DNA of 32,272 nucleotides from a virus (Duplodnaviria; Heunggongvirae; Uroviricota; Caudoviricetes): IMG/VR virus record IMGVR_UViG_2737471827_000002, positions 1 to 32,272 of that record; one strand, 5' to 3'. Shown piece by piece: positions 8,828 to 18,512 of this stretch (position 1 is its first letter; each line of letters starts with the position of its first letter). The notes under the pieces were generated by a model. It saw only the letters and a program-made list of their open reading frames with translations, ran no database searches and was not told where the DNA came from. The position numbers and the translations under genes were made by a program.

Positions 8828-10333
8828 TCATGGCATGGCCATGAGCATTTTCACGTCCGCATCACCGTCTGCTGACGTCTGTGGCACGCCACCCTGTACC
8901 GCTGCCGGTGAATGGTTCGCCATGAAATGTTCAAACATGGCGGTTGTGGATGCAGAGACCGGTTCTGCCTTACCTGCTCCCGCCGCCAGCACAGCCCGGG
9001 CGCTCTCCACAGTCATTCCCGGGCAGGCAGCCAGCTGTTCAGCCTGCGCCTCAGCCCCTTTTGCCTCATCCAGTGCTATGATCTGATCACGGAGTGATGG
9101 TCCGGCATCCGCCTGCGGTGAAGCAGCCAGGATCGGGCGGGCTTTTTCCACCGTCATCTCCGGCATCGCCGCCAGCGTTGCCGCCAGTTGTTCACGACCG
9201 TTCGCTTCTTCACACGCCATAATGCGATCGGCTTCACTCTGCGTGGATGCCACCGGCTGCTGCGGTGCCGCCGCGGCCAGAATCGCCCGGGCCTGTTCAA
9301 CGCTCATACCCTGTTGTCCTGCCAGCATCGTGGCAAGCTGTTCACGTCCTTTCGCTTCCTGGCATGTCAGGATCCCCATCACTCGCTGGTTCTCCTGCGC
9401 GGCGGCTTCCGTTGCAGTTAATTGCGGCATAGTGCCTCCTGTATCATGTGTGTTCAGCGTCGCGGCCATCACGCTGATGGCATCCGACGCATTGATTAAT
9501 TCATCCGCCAGCCCGGCCTCAATGCCGGACTGACCTTCAAAAACGGCAGCCTCTGTTCCCGTGACGGCATCAACAGACAGACCGGTATACATCGCCACTT
9601 TTTCGGCAAACATCCGGCGCGCCGCATCAATCCGCTGCTGCATGTCCTGGCGAACCTCTGCCGGCAACGCTTCAAACTGATTGCCATCCACCTTGTGCGC
9701 CCCTGAGTAAATCAGCGTGATATCCACACCGGCCTGCGCCAGATGACCGGCATAGCTGACATGGCTCATCATCACGCCAATGGAGCCGATACGGGATGTC
9801 TGGGTAACCAGCCGTCGGGAGCAGGCCGACGCCAGCAGCATGGCTGCAGAACAGGCCGTGTCATTGCACAGTGCCCAGATCGGCTTCTGCTGACGGAGGC
9901 GGTAAATCATGTCAGCGCAGTCAAACGCGCCGGCGGCCTGCCCGCCCGGACTGTCAATGTCCAGCAGTACGCCCCGCACCTGGCTATCCGCCATTGCCTG
10001 CTGAAGACAGGCGACAATGCCGTCATAGCCTGTCATTCCGGAAAATGGCCGCATACCACCCAGCCGGTGCACCAGCGTGCCGGTCACCGGCAGTACAGCA
10101 ATACCGTTCACCACCCGGTAAACACGGGCCGGTCGTTTACCTCCGGCCATATACTCGTCCGTTTCAGCCAGCATTCCGGGAGCATCAAGCTGTACCTGTT
10201 GTTGTGGTACCGAAAGACTTGCTGCCCCCATCTCGCGCCCGAGCGCGCAAAAGAAAACCCGCGCATAGGCGGGCTCCAGAAGCAGCGGTTCATTGAATGC
10301 TGCGGCAATAATGTGTGAAAGATTACGTCTCAC
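8828..10333 (-). CDS. C: Prohead protease / scaffold C with nested Nu3-type scaffold region
   Basis: 501 aa in the C position between B and D; longer than lambda C (439 aa) owing to three in-frame repeats in the scaffold-like part. Confidence 0.8.
   Translation of the reverse strand: MRRNLSHIIAAAFNEPLLLEPAYARVFFCALGREMGAASLSVPQQQVQLDAPGMLAETDEYMAGGKRPARVYRVVNGIAVLPVTGTLVHRLGGMRPFSGMTGYDGIVACLQQAMADSQVRGVLLDIDSPGGQAAGAFDCADMIYRLRQQKPIWALCNDTACSAAMLLASACSRRLVTQTSRIGSIGVMMSHVSYAGHLAQAGVDITLIYSGAHKVDGNQFEALPAEVRQDMQQRIDAARRMFAEKVAMYTGLSVDAVTGTEAAVFEGQSGIEAGLADELINASDAISVMAATLNTHDTGGTMPQLTATEAAAQENQRVMGILTCQEAKGREQLATMLAGQQGMSVEQARAILAAAAPQQPVASTQSEADRIMACEEANGREQLAATLAAMPEMTVEKARPILAASPQADAGPSLRDQIIALDEAKGAEAQAEQLAACPGMTVESARAVLAAGAGKAEPVSASTTAMFEHFMANHSPAAVQGGVPQTSADGDADVKMLMAMP
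9016..9406 (-). repeat. Three in-frame tandem repeats (about 37-39 aa each) within the scaffold-like part of C (approximate bounds)
   Basis: Protein units EAKGREQLATMLAGQQGMSVEQARAILAA / EANGREQLAATLAAMPEMTVEKARPILAA / EAKGAEAQAEQLAACPGMTVESARAVLAA; matching DNA repeats visible. Confidence 0.7.
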
Positions 10334-11915
10334 GTGGTGTTGTCTCCTCTTCCGGCCTGCGACTCTCCGCTATCTGCTGCTGATACGCCTGCGCTATCCA
10401 CACCGGACGTGAGAGTCCGGCTTTTTCCCGCTCTGCAGATTCCCTGACCTGCTGGCGGAAAATGTCCTGATAATCCTCGCCCATCAGCGCCAGCTCTTTC
10501 TCATACGTGCTCAGTCCGGCCTTAATGCGCATCACTGATTCCTGGACTTCCTTGAGCCCGTCAATGGCCATTCTTCCTGCACCAATCCACTCTGCCCGTG
10601 ACCAGGCTGATCGCGCCTGATAAAAATCAAAACGTGCCCGTGGCGGACGAATAATCCCCCGAAGAAGTGCCTCTTCCAGCCAGCAGGAAAACATCTGCGT
10701 GGACAGCCGGGCCGCAATAAATTTTCGCCGCCCCATAAAATAGCGCCACGACTCATTGGCGGAGGCGCGGGCACTTGAGTAACTGACCTTCGAGTAGTCA
10801 CGGGACAACTGTTCGTAGGAAACGCCAAGACCGGCGGCGATATACCGCAGCAGCGCCTGTTCAAGCGCAGAAAATCCATTGTCTGAATCCTGCGCGGTCT
10901 GCAGTTTCAGATCATCCCCGGGGAAAAGGTGCGGAATTTTGACACCGCCCAGCGTCACGTGATTCGTGTCATACCAGCTGGAGAACTTCTCCAGAATATT
11001 AATAAGCGGATTATCCTTCTGCCCCTGCGGCGCACCGGCGATATATTCAAAGGCCTTTTCGGTATCAAGTTCACTTTCGATTGTGGCTGCATACATGGCC
11101 TTCACAATGGCCGACTGAAGCTGTGTTACCTGCAGGGAATCGAGCATCTTCAGCCGCTCCATGACGCTGTAAAACTGATTAGCCCCACGGGTCTGCCCGT
11201 CCTCCACCGGCTCGAAAATATGCAGCATGGCCGGACGCCCGGTGGGAAGTTCACGCGGGATCCGTTCCCATCCTCCACTACCAGAGAACGGAAAATCATC
11301 CTCACAGATGTGGTACGCAACGGCACGGCCATATCGATCGACCTCCACCCCGGCACGCAGAAAACGGTTCCCCATACCGTGTCCTGGCGTGTCCACCCGT
11401 TTCGGACTCACGGCTTTAAAACGCGTACGGAATAACTGCGTGGTTTCCGTATCCCAGACCGGCTGCACAAAGATTTCACCGTTAAATGCATGAACGCCCA
11501 CACCTTCACGGATAAATTCCGTAAATGTGCGTTTCCCTTCCACATCGATCTCGCCAAACATCCCTTCGGCGTATTCCGACCAGGCCGCCTCCACCTCATC
11601 GACAAAGCTTTTGGCTGCAGTCTCCCGCATCCCCAGCCAGCGCCAGTTCGGACGGTAGCTGATCAGAAACATATGCCCGACAATGTGATCTTTATGCAGG
11701 GCCACCGCATTAGCCGCTATTCCGTTATTGCGCACCAGATCATCTGCCCGGGCATTCCCCAGACGCAACGCGGGCAGCAGGGCCGCATCGGCACTCTGCG
11801 CCGGTGGCAACCACTCCGCCATTTGCCCGCCAAATCCTGCGCCGCCACCGTTGTAGCTGAGACTCTCACGAAGCGGAACGCCGTTCACATCAATCAGGAC
11901 AGGCGTTAGTTTCAT
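10323..11915 (-). CDS. B: Portal protein B
   Basis: 530 aa (lambda B 533); between W and C. Confidence 0.88.
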   Translation of the reverse strand: MKLTPVLIDVNGVPLRESLSYNGGGAGFGGQMAEWLPPAQSADAALLPALRLGNARADDLVRNNGIAANAVALHKDHIVGHMFLISYRPNWRWLGMRETAAKSFVDEVEAAWSEYAEGMFGEIDVEGKRTFTEFIREGVGVHAFNGEIFVQPVWDTETTQLFRTRFKAVSPKRVDTPGHGMGNRFLRAGVEVDRYGRAVAYHICEDDFPFSGSGGWERIPRELPTGRPAMLHIFEPVEDGQTRGANQFYSVMERLKMLDSLQVTQLQSAIVKAMYAATIESELDTEKAFEYIAGAPQGQKDNPLINILEKFSSWYDTNHVTLGGVKIPHLFPGDDLKLQTAQDSDNGFSALEQALLRYIAAGLGVSYEQLSRDYSKVSYSSARASANESWRYFMGRRKFIAARLSTQMFSCWLEEALLRGIIRPPRARFDFYQARSAWSRAEWIGAGRMAIDGLKEVQESVMRIKAGLSTYEKELALMGEDYQDIFRQQVRESAEREKAGLSRPVWIAQAYQQQIAESRRPEEETTPRET

Positions 11916-12118
11916 AACCTCACTCCCAGCGGACGACGGCGACGTCGGGTTGTCCCCAGTACCGACTCCGCATCATTGATCGCCCGGTTAAGCTCATCCA
12001 GAGAAGCCGCCGTATATTCAATTCTGCGACCATCTTTCTGGACAGACACCACCCGTTTACCAGTTAATAAATCAAGGCGCGCCTGACGCAGCGCCTGCAG
12101 TTCAGCGACTGTAACCAT
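11912..12118 (-). CDS. W: Head-tail joining protein W
   Basis: 68 aa as in lambda W; between A and B. Confidence 0.85.
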   Translation of the reverse strand: MVTVAELQALRQARLDLLTGKRVVSVQKDGRRIEYTAASLDELNRAINDAESVLGTTRRRRRPLGVRL

Positions 12119-14030
12119 TCACTCCTCCGGACAGCTTCGCTGCCAGTTCTTTAAGGGTTGGCCGGGTCGTCTCTTCTTCCCGGGATTTTGCCAGTACAGC
12201 CAGATCGAGCTGCCAGCGCTGCACGGACACACGTAATGCCGCGTAGGCATACACCAGGCAGTCCAGCGCTTCGTTACGCCGCTTTTTGTTATCCCACAGC
12301 AGACGCATCTTTCCTTTTTCCCACTTCTCCACAAGCTCTTCCGCAACCAGTTGCTGCGCCTCTGTCTGCGAAAAAATCTCTGGATCATCAGGAAAACGGA
12401 TGGCATACGACGTGGCTTCATCCGCAGGCGTGGGATCGGCTTTCATACGGGCATAGAGAATTTCTTTTGCGGTGTCCGTCCCCACTTCACACAGATACAC
12501 GCCCCGCTGATTGCGGGTTTTTGGCATGGTGATCACCGGCTTGCCATAGACAGATGCGCCTTTTACCGGCAGCACCCGGAAAACACCGTGTTTTTTTGAT
12601 CTCTGATAAACAATTTCACCATCGATCCCCCCTATGTCCCAGCAGACACGGGAAATGGTCATTTCGGTGCCATCCGCATGGCGGTATTTTTTGTTGATCG
12701 CAGCATCCACACGTAACAGCGTCTCTTCCTCATCAGGACGCCCCATAATGATGATTTTATCCACCAGAAAGGCTTCCTCTCCCGGAGCCCATCCCCAGAC
12801 ATACATCTCAAAACGGTTTCGCTGCGAGTCAATGCCCGCCGTCAGATAAACCACCCTGTCAGGTACCGCCGCCGTGTAATGCACGACCTTATCCATCAGA
12901 ACCTGGTGATCGAGTTTTTCGCCCACGGCCTCTTCCCAGGTCTCGCCCAGCGTGGTGTTCACAAAGGTTTTCAGGCCGTTGGGATCTTTCAGTGCATCCA
13001 GCCAGTCATAGACAATCTGTACCCAGGTGGTAAACGGGCTATAGGCCGTCCAGATGTGGAAAGTGATGGATCGCGGTGGCGGCATCTCCTCATCACCCGC
13101 GCTGTAAAATGCCAGGCCGTCACGTGTCCACATTCCTGTATTGTCACAAATCCAGCGCCCGTCAGTCTGGTCAAGTTCCGACTGACGGATCACACAGCCA
13201 TTATGCTCACACAGGTAATACACCGTTTCCGGTTTACCCTTCTCCCATTTAAGGCCAAACGGCGTGGATTCATCACCAAACTTCAGATACTGGATCTCCC
13301 CACAATGAGGACAAGGAACATAAAACCGCATGAAATGCGCCGACTCGTTAGCGGCTTTTTCGATCTGGCAGGTGCCTTTGGTTTTGGGCGTCGAGCCGCG
13401 TATGGATTTAGGCCATACCGAACCTTCAATACGTTTATCGCCAAGCAGTGTTGGCGAACCTTCTTTTTCCACATCCGGTTCAAACGAGGAGAGTTCGTCA
13501 TAACAGACCACATCCACAGATTTTTCACGGTAATTTTTTGCTGCCGCGCCACCCAGACACCAGAGCCCCACGCCGGAGGAAAAACGCTTCAGGGTGAGCG
13601 TATTATCGCGGTGTTTTCTTCCGAACCATGGAGCCAGATCCAGCAATGCAGGAACATCCCTTATTGTTGGCTCAACATGAGATTTCATGAAATCCTCGGC
13701 GGCAGAATCTGTTGGCTGAAAAAGCAGACTGTTACGGGATTTATGCTCAATAAAATAGGCCTCCACCCCTAACAGCATTTTGGTATAACCTACGCGCGCC
13801 GATTTAATCAGATTAATGGTGCGAATCCGGTCATTTCCCATGCTGTTCATAATGGCAACCTGAAACGGCAGTGTTTCCCATTTCCCGGGAGTATATGAAG
13901 ATTCTTTCGGCAGATAATAATGTTGATCAGCCCACTGAACTGTTGTCAGTGGAACCGGAATATTGAGAGATAAAAGCCCTGTAGCTATCGCACCGGCTGC
14001 ATTAGCTGCCTTCTGTGCGTCTGAAATCAT
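12102..14030 (-). CDS. A: Terminase large subunit A
   Basis: ORF 12102-14072; lambda A-like throughout ([12 protein letters not shown]..., ...KSARVGY.KMLLGV.AYFIEHK...); probable start at MISDAQ (14030) giving about 642 aa. Confidence 0.92.
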   Translation of the reverse strand: MISDAQKAANAAGAIATGLLSLNIPVPLTTVQWADQHYYLPKESSYTPGKWETLPFQVAIMNSMGNDRIRTINLIKSARVGYTKMLLGVEAYFIEHKSRNSLLFQPTDSAAEDFMKSHVEPTIRDVPALLDLAPWFGRKHRDNTLTLKRFSSGVGLWCLGGAAAKNYREKSVDVVCYDELSSFEPDVEKEGSPTLLGDKRIEGSVWPKSIRGSTPKTKGTCQIEKAANESAHFMRFYVPCPHCGEIQYLKFGDESTPFGLKWEKGKPETVYYLCEHNGCVIRQSELDQTDGRWICDNTGMWTRDGLAFYSAGDEEMPPPRSITFHIWTAYSPFTTWVQIVYDWLDALKDPNGLKTFVNTTLGETWEEAVGEKLDHQVLMDKVVHYTAAVPDRVVYLTAGIDSQRNRFEMYVWGWAPGEEAFLVDKIIIMGRPDEEETLLRVDAAINKKYRHADGTEMTISRVCWDIGGIDGEIVYQRSKKHGVFRVLPVKGASVYGKPVITMPKTRNQRGVYLCEVGTDTAKEILYARMKADPTPADEATSYAIRFPDDPEIFSQTEAQQLVAEELVEKWEKGKMRLLWDNKKRRNEALDCLVYAYAALRVSVQRWQLDLAVLAKSREEETTRPTLKELAAKLSGGVNGYSR

Positions 14031-14550
14031 CGATCCACCCGCCCACGTTTTTACCGGCTTTAGCTGCAACATTGGAGGCTTTCGCGATTTCAGTTTTCAC
14101 CACATCAAGATGTGATGGTGAAATGTCTGGATATTTACGCTGTAACGTCAACGGCACACGCACAAGTATCCCCGAAATTTCCTGTGCCACACGTTGCAGA
14201 ATGAAGGTAAACAATTCAGTTTCCAGAACCATTCCTTCTTCACGGGCATTTTTCAGTTCCTGCGCATCTGCCTGCGCTTTTGTGAGCCGGTAGCGCTCAT
14301 AGTCAATGGTGCCCGGTTGTAAGTCTGATTCTGCAGCCGCCCGCAAATCTTCCAGTTCTTTCCGGAGCTTTTCATTTTCGATATCAGCTTCCCTCTGCGC
14401 ATACCACTGAATTGCCATGGCGGTATCAAATACAGATTCAACGCCCTTACCACCTCCGGAGACACAAGTAAGCCCCTGAGACTGCCAGCGTTCAATCGTC
14501 CGCGGATCCACGTTGAAAATTTCGGCAAGCTTCTTTTTATTAACCTTCAT
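14002..14550 (-). CDS. Nu1: Terminase small subunit Nu1
   Basis: 182 aa; [12 protein letters not shown]...[43 protein letters not shown] matches lambda Nu1. Confidence 0.9.
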   Translation of the reverse strand: MKVNKKKLAEIFNVDPRTIERWQSQGLTCVSGGGKGVESVFDTAMAIQWYAQREADIENEKLRKELEDLRAAAESDLQPGTIDYERYRLTKAQADAQELKNAREEGMVLETELFTFILQRVAQEISGILVRVPLTLQRKYPDISPSHLDVVKTEIAKASNVAAKAGKNVGGWIDDFRRTEGS

Positions 14551-14726
14551 GAAACAGTCTCATAGCAAATACAGGGTCCGACATGAGAGTGCCCGAAAAT
14601 GACTTTTTCAGGCGTTTTCATGTCGGACCTTTTACGGATTCGATATTAGAAAAAACAAATAGTTATGTTCGAGAAGTACCGACATGATTTTCCCCGGAAA
14701 ATTTTCATAAATAGCGAAAACGCGCG

Positions 14727-14738
14727 AGGTCGCCGCCC
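14727..14738 (-). other. cosN: 12-nt cohesive-end sequence GGGCGGCGACCT
   Basis: Reverse complement of 14700-14740 reads ...GGGCGGCGACCTCGCGCGTTTTCGCTATTTATGAAAATT, nearly identical to the lambda left end; upstream of Nu1. Confidence 0.85.
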
Positions 14739-14945
14739 CGTAGCCTGCCGGATCACCGGAAAGGACCCATTCAAATGATAATAATTATCATGTTCATAAA
14801 GACCATCACAACTTCTATGTACACCATGAAACCACGGCAAATAATCAATTTTGGCGCAGGTGTCGCATTAATTGATCCGCATCAACTTAACGTAAAAACA
14901 ACTTCAGACAATACAAATCAGCAACACTGAACACGGGACAACATC

Positions 14946-15185
14946 ATGTCATCAAAAAATAAAACCAGCAGAACAACTACCCGTAACATCCGCTTTCCAA
15001 ACCGAATGATCGAGCAGATACATATTGCTCTTGAAGAAAAAGGATCAGGAAATTTTTCTGCATGGGTCATTGAAGCCTGTCGCCGAAGACTGTCAACAGA
15101 GAAGAGAATAAAGACAGCACAACGGAATACTGAAGAACTAAATACCCGGTCAGGTTACTTTTACCATCGTACTAATGGACAATAA
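14946..15185 (+). CDS. Small basic protein, possibly YlcI/DUF3950-like, at the position bor occupies in lambda
   Basis: 79-aa plus-strand ORF between Rz and cos, opposite to late genes; resembles K-12 DLP12 YlcI from memory only. Confidence 0.5.
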   Translation: MSSKNKTSRTTTRNIRFPNRMIEQIHIALEEKGSGNFSAWVIEACRRRLSTEKRIKTAQRNTEELNTRSGYFYHRTNGQ

Positions 15186-15334
15186 CGGGAAATAAGTCCT
15201 CACACCTTGTACACTGTAAAATCCGATGTGCATCGTTTCGATTATTTCCGTACCAACGAACATGAAGTCAACTACATCAGTCAACTATTTCTGTTAATAC
15301 GGAAACACAGCGTCGATACAGCGTATCCGGGAAC

Positions 15335-15814
15335 TTATTTCAGACATTGAGTACGGATATATTTCTGCGCTCCTTCCAGTTGTTTCTGCATCACCATCAC
15401 TCGTTCTCTGAGGGTAAAATAATCCCGTTCAGCGACGTCTGCCAGTCTGGGGGAGACTGCATTATCCACGCCGGAGGCGGTGGTGGCTTCACGCACTGAC
15501 TGACAGACTGCTTTGATGCGCAACCGACGACGACCAGCGGCAACATCATCACGCAGAGCATCATTTTCAGCTTTCGCATCAGCTAACTCCTTCGTGTATT
15601 TTGCATCGAGCACAGCAACATCACGCTGGCGCACCTGCATATCAGTAATTGTCGAGTTCGCCAGCTTCAGTTCTCTGGCATTTTTATCGCGCTGGGCTTT
15701 GTAGGCGATGGCGTTATCACGGTAATGATTAACAGCCCATGACAGGCAGACGATGATGCAGATAACCAGAGCATAAATAATCGCGGTTACTCTTCTCACT
15801 GCTCTATCCCCCAA
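15335..15814 (-). CDS. Rz: i-spanin Rz
   Basis: 159 aa with N-terminal TM segment and coiled-coil-rich periplasmic part; downstream of endolysin; contains embedded Rz1. Confidence 0.85.
   Translation of the reverse strand: MGDRAVRRVTAIIYALVICIIVCLSWAVNHYRDNAIAYKAQRDKNARELKLANSTITDMQVRQRDVAVLDAKYTKELADAKAENDALRDDVAAGRRRLRIKAVCQSVREATTASGVDNAVSPRLADVAERDYFTLRERVMVMQKQLEGAQKYIRTQCLK
15397..15579 (-). CDS. Rz1: o-spanin Rz1 (lipoprotein embedded in Rz in alternative frame)
   Basis: 60 aa; [24 protein letters not shown]... lipobox followed by PPPPP, matching lambda Rz1; wholly inside Rz. Confidence 0.85.
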   Translation of the reverse strand: MRKLKMMLCVMMLPLVVVGCASKQSVSQCVKPPPPPAWIMQSPPDWQTSLNGIILPSENE

Positions 15815-16329
15815 CAGGCTAATGCGCTTTCCTGGTCACGACGAATAACCTGACCATAACAGTTATTTGAACGAATGCGGCAATCGCGCCCCCTGTCCTT
15901 AATCCACCAGCGAATCGCCTCGCAGGCACCTTTACGATCACCTGCATTAAGCCGCTTATAAAACGTCGACGGGAAACACTTACCGGGGCCAATGTTATAG
16001 GGGCAAAATGACGCGATACCCGCTTTCTGGGGTTCGGTCAGTGGTACTTTAATATTACGTTCCACCCATGCCAGCGCCTTATTACGTTCAATAGCGTTAA
16101 CCTGGTCGCATTTTTCCTTCGACAGCTTCATTCCCGGTATGACGGGCTTACCATCCACCATTGTGGCACCACGACAGATGGTCCATATGCCGGAGCCATC
16201 GCGGTATGCAGTGGTGTGATTCCCCTCTTTTTCATCCAGAAACTGATCGAGAATGTCAGGGGCAGGAGCACTGGCGGCAATCAGTGCCAGAACAGCAGCC
16301 GACAGGCTGTATCTGATTTTTACGTTCAT
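15796..16329 (-). CDS. R: SAR endolysin (T4-lysozyme-like muramidase), phage 21 / 933W R type
   Basis: 177 aa; weakly hydrophobic Ala-rich N-terminus typical of a signal-anchor-release domain; [20 protein letters not shown] has the E-D-T catalytic triad spacing. Confidence 0.85.
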   Translation of the reverse strand: MNVKIRYSLSAAVLALIAASAPAPDILDQFLDEKEGNHTTAYRDGSGIWTICRGATMVDGKPVIPGMKLSKEKCDQVNAIERNKALAWVERNIKVPLTEPQKAGIASFCPYNIGPGKCFPSTFYKRLNAGDRKGACEAIRWWIKDRGRDCRIRSNNCYGQVIRRDQESALACWGIEQ

Positions 16330-16442
16330 GGGTATTTATCAGGATTTATCGGCTTCAAATCCCCGGATATGTTAAATCTTACCTCGCCAGTGATGGGCAC
16401 TGGCGGGAGGAGGATGTCAATCTGATAAACACAGAGGTGACT

Positions 16443-16703
16443 ATGGATTACACAAATCTACCAAAACAAACTTTTGCTGATTTAATCGCACTCAGGCAAG
16501 CAGTCGTAGCTCTAATCAACTTGTTGCCAGAGAAGGAAAAGGAATTAGTTAAAGCGCTTCTTAACAGAACTGCCGCCGATTTTTCATCATATTCACTGAC
16601 AGATGACCTTGTGGACCTTCCTGAATTAATTGCAGCGTCCGCCATTAAGCTTACTGAAGAGATTTACCCTCCTCAAAAATCTTCACAAAATTCCTGCGAG
16701 TAA
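16443..16703 (+). CDS. Hypothetical 86-aa protein, convergent with and overlapping the 3' end of the 183-aa gene
   Basis: Good SD AGAGGTGA 5 nt before ATG 16443; ORF track lists 16437-16703 from a GTG; no recognisable domain. Confidence 0.45.
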   Translation: MDYTNLPKQTFADLIALRQAVVALINLLPEKEKELVKALLNRTAADFSSYSLTDDLVDLPELIAASAIKLTEEIYPPQKSSQNSCE

Positions 16704-17202
16704 CTTCAATGCAATAATCGTAAAACGCCGCAAACTGCTCATCGCGGTGTTTTTTTTCATCTTCAGAAGGAATCAGCACCGACAATTTTTTATTCAGATC
16801 AGCGACGCTGCCCTCCAGTTTTTCAATGAGCGATTCAATATCATCTTTTTCTGACCGCAATGCCGTAGGTGGCGTCTTCAGAGAACCAGTAATTCTTCCC
16901 GGTAGTTTTCCTCTGTAGGTTATCCACACATTCTGCGCCTCTAAAATTATGGGGCGCTTTCCCGGCAACGGTTCGTTCCCTTCACATAACCCGGCAGCAA
17001 TATCCCGGAACAATATCTTTGCCTGTTTGATTGCCTCTGTCTCGTAAAACTCCAGCGTTGCCCCTTCAACACGATCCATGCTGATATTCAGATCAACAAT
17101 TTCACCGGCAAAACGTTCTTTATCCTGTAAGGCTACAATTACCGAGACTTTATTCTCAAAATTGCGGGTTCCTTTCACAATCAACTCATAGCTTTTAATC
17201 AT
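16651..17202 (-). CDS. Hypothetical 183-aa protein inserted between holin and endolysin
   Basis: ATG at 17202 lies 4 nt after the holin stop (17207) with SD GGGGAGAG formed by the last holin codons; soluble, coiled-coil-like C-terminal half; no family recognised. Confidence 0.65.
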   Translation of the reverse strand: MIKSYELIVKGTRNFENKVSVIVALQDKERFAGEIVDLNISMDRVEGATLEFYETEAIKQAKILFRDIAAGLCEGNEPLPGKRPIILEAQNVWITYRGKLPGRITGSLKTPPTALRSEKDDIESLIEKLEGSVADLNKKLSVLIPSEDEKKHRDEQFAAFYDYCIEVTRRNFVKIFEEGKSLQ

Positions 17203-17206
17203 TGAA

Positions 17207-17422
17207 TTACTCTCCCCGCGCCGCCTTGCGACGGTCCTCTTTTATCTTGAAGTACAGATTCGTCAGATAAGTCAGAAAACCCAGGAACAGGCTCCCCAGC
17301 ACACCAATCGCAGCCCACTGAGACGGACTAACCTGATCAAGCCATTGTAAAAACCAGTAGCCAGCACTGCCTGCGGAGGCGCCGTAGGCAATGCCTGTTG
17401 ATATTTTTTCCATCTGATACAT
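17207..17422 (-). CDS. S: Class II holin (pinholin, S21-like) with dual-start motif
   Basis: ORF 17207-17494; [71 protein letters not shown] resembles phage 21 S; two Met three codons apart give 71- and 68-aa forms. Confidence 0.82.
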   Translation of the reverse strand: MYQMEKISTGIAYGASAGSAGYWFLQWLDQVSPSQWAAIGVLGSLFLGFLTYLTNLYFKIKEDRRKAARGE

Positions 17423-17531
17423 ATCCCGCCCCGACAGACCTGTGCTACCGGAAAGAAAAAAGGCCATCAGCAAAACTCTGATGGCCTGAATCACCTTTAC
17501 CAGTCATGTATGAAAAAATACGCACAACCAA

Positions 17532-17560
17532 TTGACAATGATTATCATTTTCATTAAAAA
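17532..17560 (+). promoter_or_regulatory. Candidate sigma70 promoter (TTGACA, 17 nt, TAAAAA) facing away from holin
   Basis: TTGACA at 17532-17537 and TAAAAA at 17555-17560; followed by long hairpin plus T-tract at 17575-17662. Confidence 0.3.
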
Positions 17561-17887
17561 TACAGCGTAACATTCTTATTTCATGAAGAACCATACCCGC
17601 CAGCAACCTGAGTAGCAAAAGCTGTTCATCCCCCATATTTTTGCTGGCGGGTTCTTTTTTCTACTGCCCTCCTCCCCAGGAAAAGCATTTCATTCTTTTC
17701 TCATTAATCGTTACTGGAGAGAAGGCGGGAAAAAGCCAGCTCTTTGGCCCTAAATAACAGCATGGCTTCAGTCCATACAGAATCTGATTTTCCAGCTCAC
17801 ATAATAACCAGATGCTGCAGTTGCAAAATCTGGCAACATCGGATTATTATGCGCCTGTGAAAATTTCTTCACGTTTTATTCCTTGCC

Positions 17888-17916
17888 GCCCGTGCCTCCC
17901 AGCGCGGGCTTTTTTA
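17888..17916 (+). terminator. Candidate intrinsic terminator (plus strand)
   Basis: GCCCG...CGGGC stem followed by TTTTTT at 17910-17915. Confidence 0.4.
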
Positions 17917-17917
17917 T

Positions 17918-17945
17918 CCAAAAAATACCCCTCCGGAGAGGGGTA
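17918..17945 (-). terminator. Intrinsic terminator (minus strand) upstream of the lysis cassette
   Basis: Perfect hairpin TACCCCTC-CGGA-GAGGGGTA preceded on plus strand by AAAAAA (U-tract on minus-strand RNA). Confidence 0.6.
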
Positions 17946-18231
17946 TCATACAAGGGGATGACCATGATGCATGGTGCCGGGTGCCTCCCGGTGAGTCCGG
18001 CATCAGCATACAAACCCGCGATTATCCCAGAACTGACTGCTGATTCGCCCCGCCGCTTAGGGGGATTCACCATGCTTTTTTTTATTTACAAACTCTTCGC
18101 CAGACAAACAACCATTAACTGGCTGAATTGTGAGGTATTTCAATTTTTAGAAAACTGACCAACCTCCGCTTATACGCCGGGCATGGAGCGGATACAAAAA
18201 AGCCCCGCAAAAGCAGATCAGAAGGATTCGT

Positions 18232-18272
18232 TGTAAAAAAAGCTGTCAGATTATCGCGCTAATCTGACAGCT
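18232..18272 (-). terminator. Strong intrinsic terminator (minus strand) downstream of the methyltransferase gene
   Basis: 13-bp perfect stem AGCTGTCAGATTA/TAATCTGACAGCT with 6-nt loop; A7 run on plus strand gives U-tract on minus-strand RNA. Confidence 0.7.
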
Positions 18273-18512
18273 ACAGCAGGTATCCAAAAACATGGGTGGA
18301 AACAATAAGTGAGTTAAGAAGACACGGTGTCGGATTTTTACCGATGAGCCTTTGGCGTGGTCAACCGTGGCTCGCTCCCTTTAACTTTTGATGCTCATGA
18401 AAATGATGAAAATCCTTATTACATCATACCACATCAGCCCTGCTACATTGCAGGATGCACCGTGTTGTTACGGATTATACGTAACAGATGTCCCACTAAT
18501 AATTGAGTTAAT

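Noticed and set aside
9743-10318. 191-aa and 141-aa plus-strand ORFs
   Set aside because: Antisense to the C gene; Arg/Pro-rich translations typical of out-of-frame reading.
10532-10879. 115-aa minus-strand ORF
   Set aside because: Out-of-frame ORF wholly inside portal gene B.
12879-13772. 297-aa plus-strand ORF
   Set aside because: Antisense to terminase A, which has clear lambda homology; no RBS noted.
17876-18158. 65-aa minus and 91-aa plus ORFs in the non-coding interval
   Set aside because: They span terminator hairpins, lack convincing RBS, and have odd composition.
17640-18500. Possible tRNA genes between S and the methyltransferase gene (as in Stx phages)
   Set aside because: No T-loop-like GGTTCGA(A/T)TCC or cloverleaf-compatible sequence found by eye on either strand; tRNAscan-SE would settle this.
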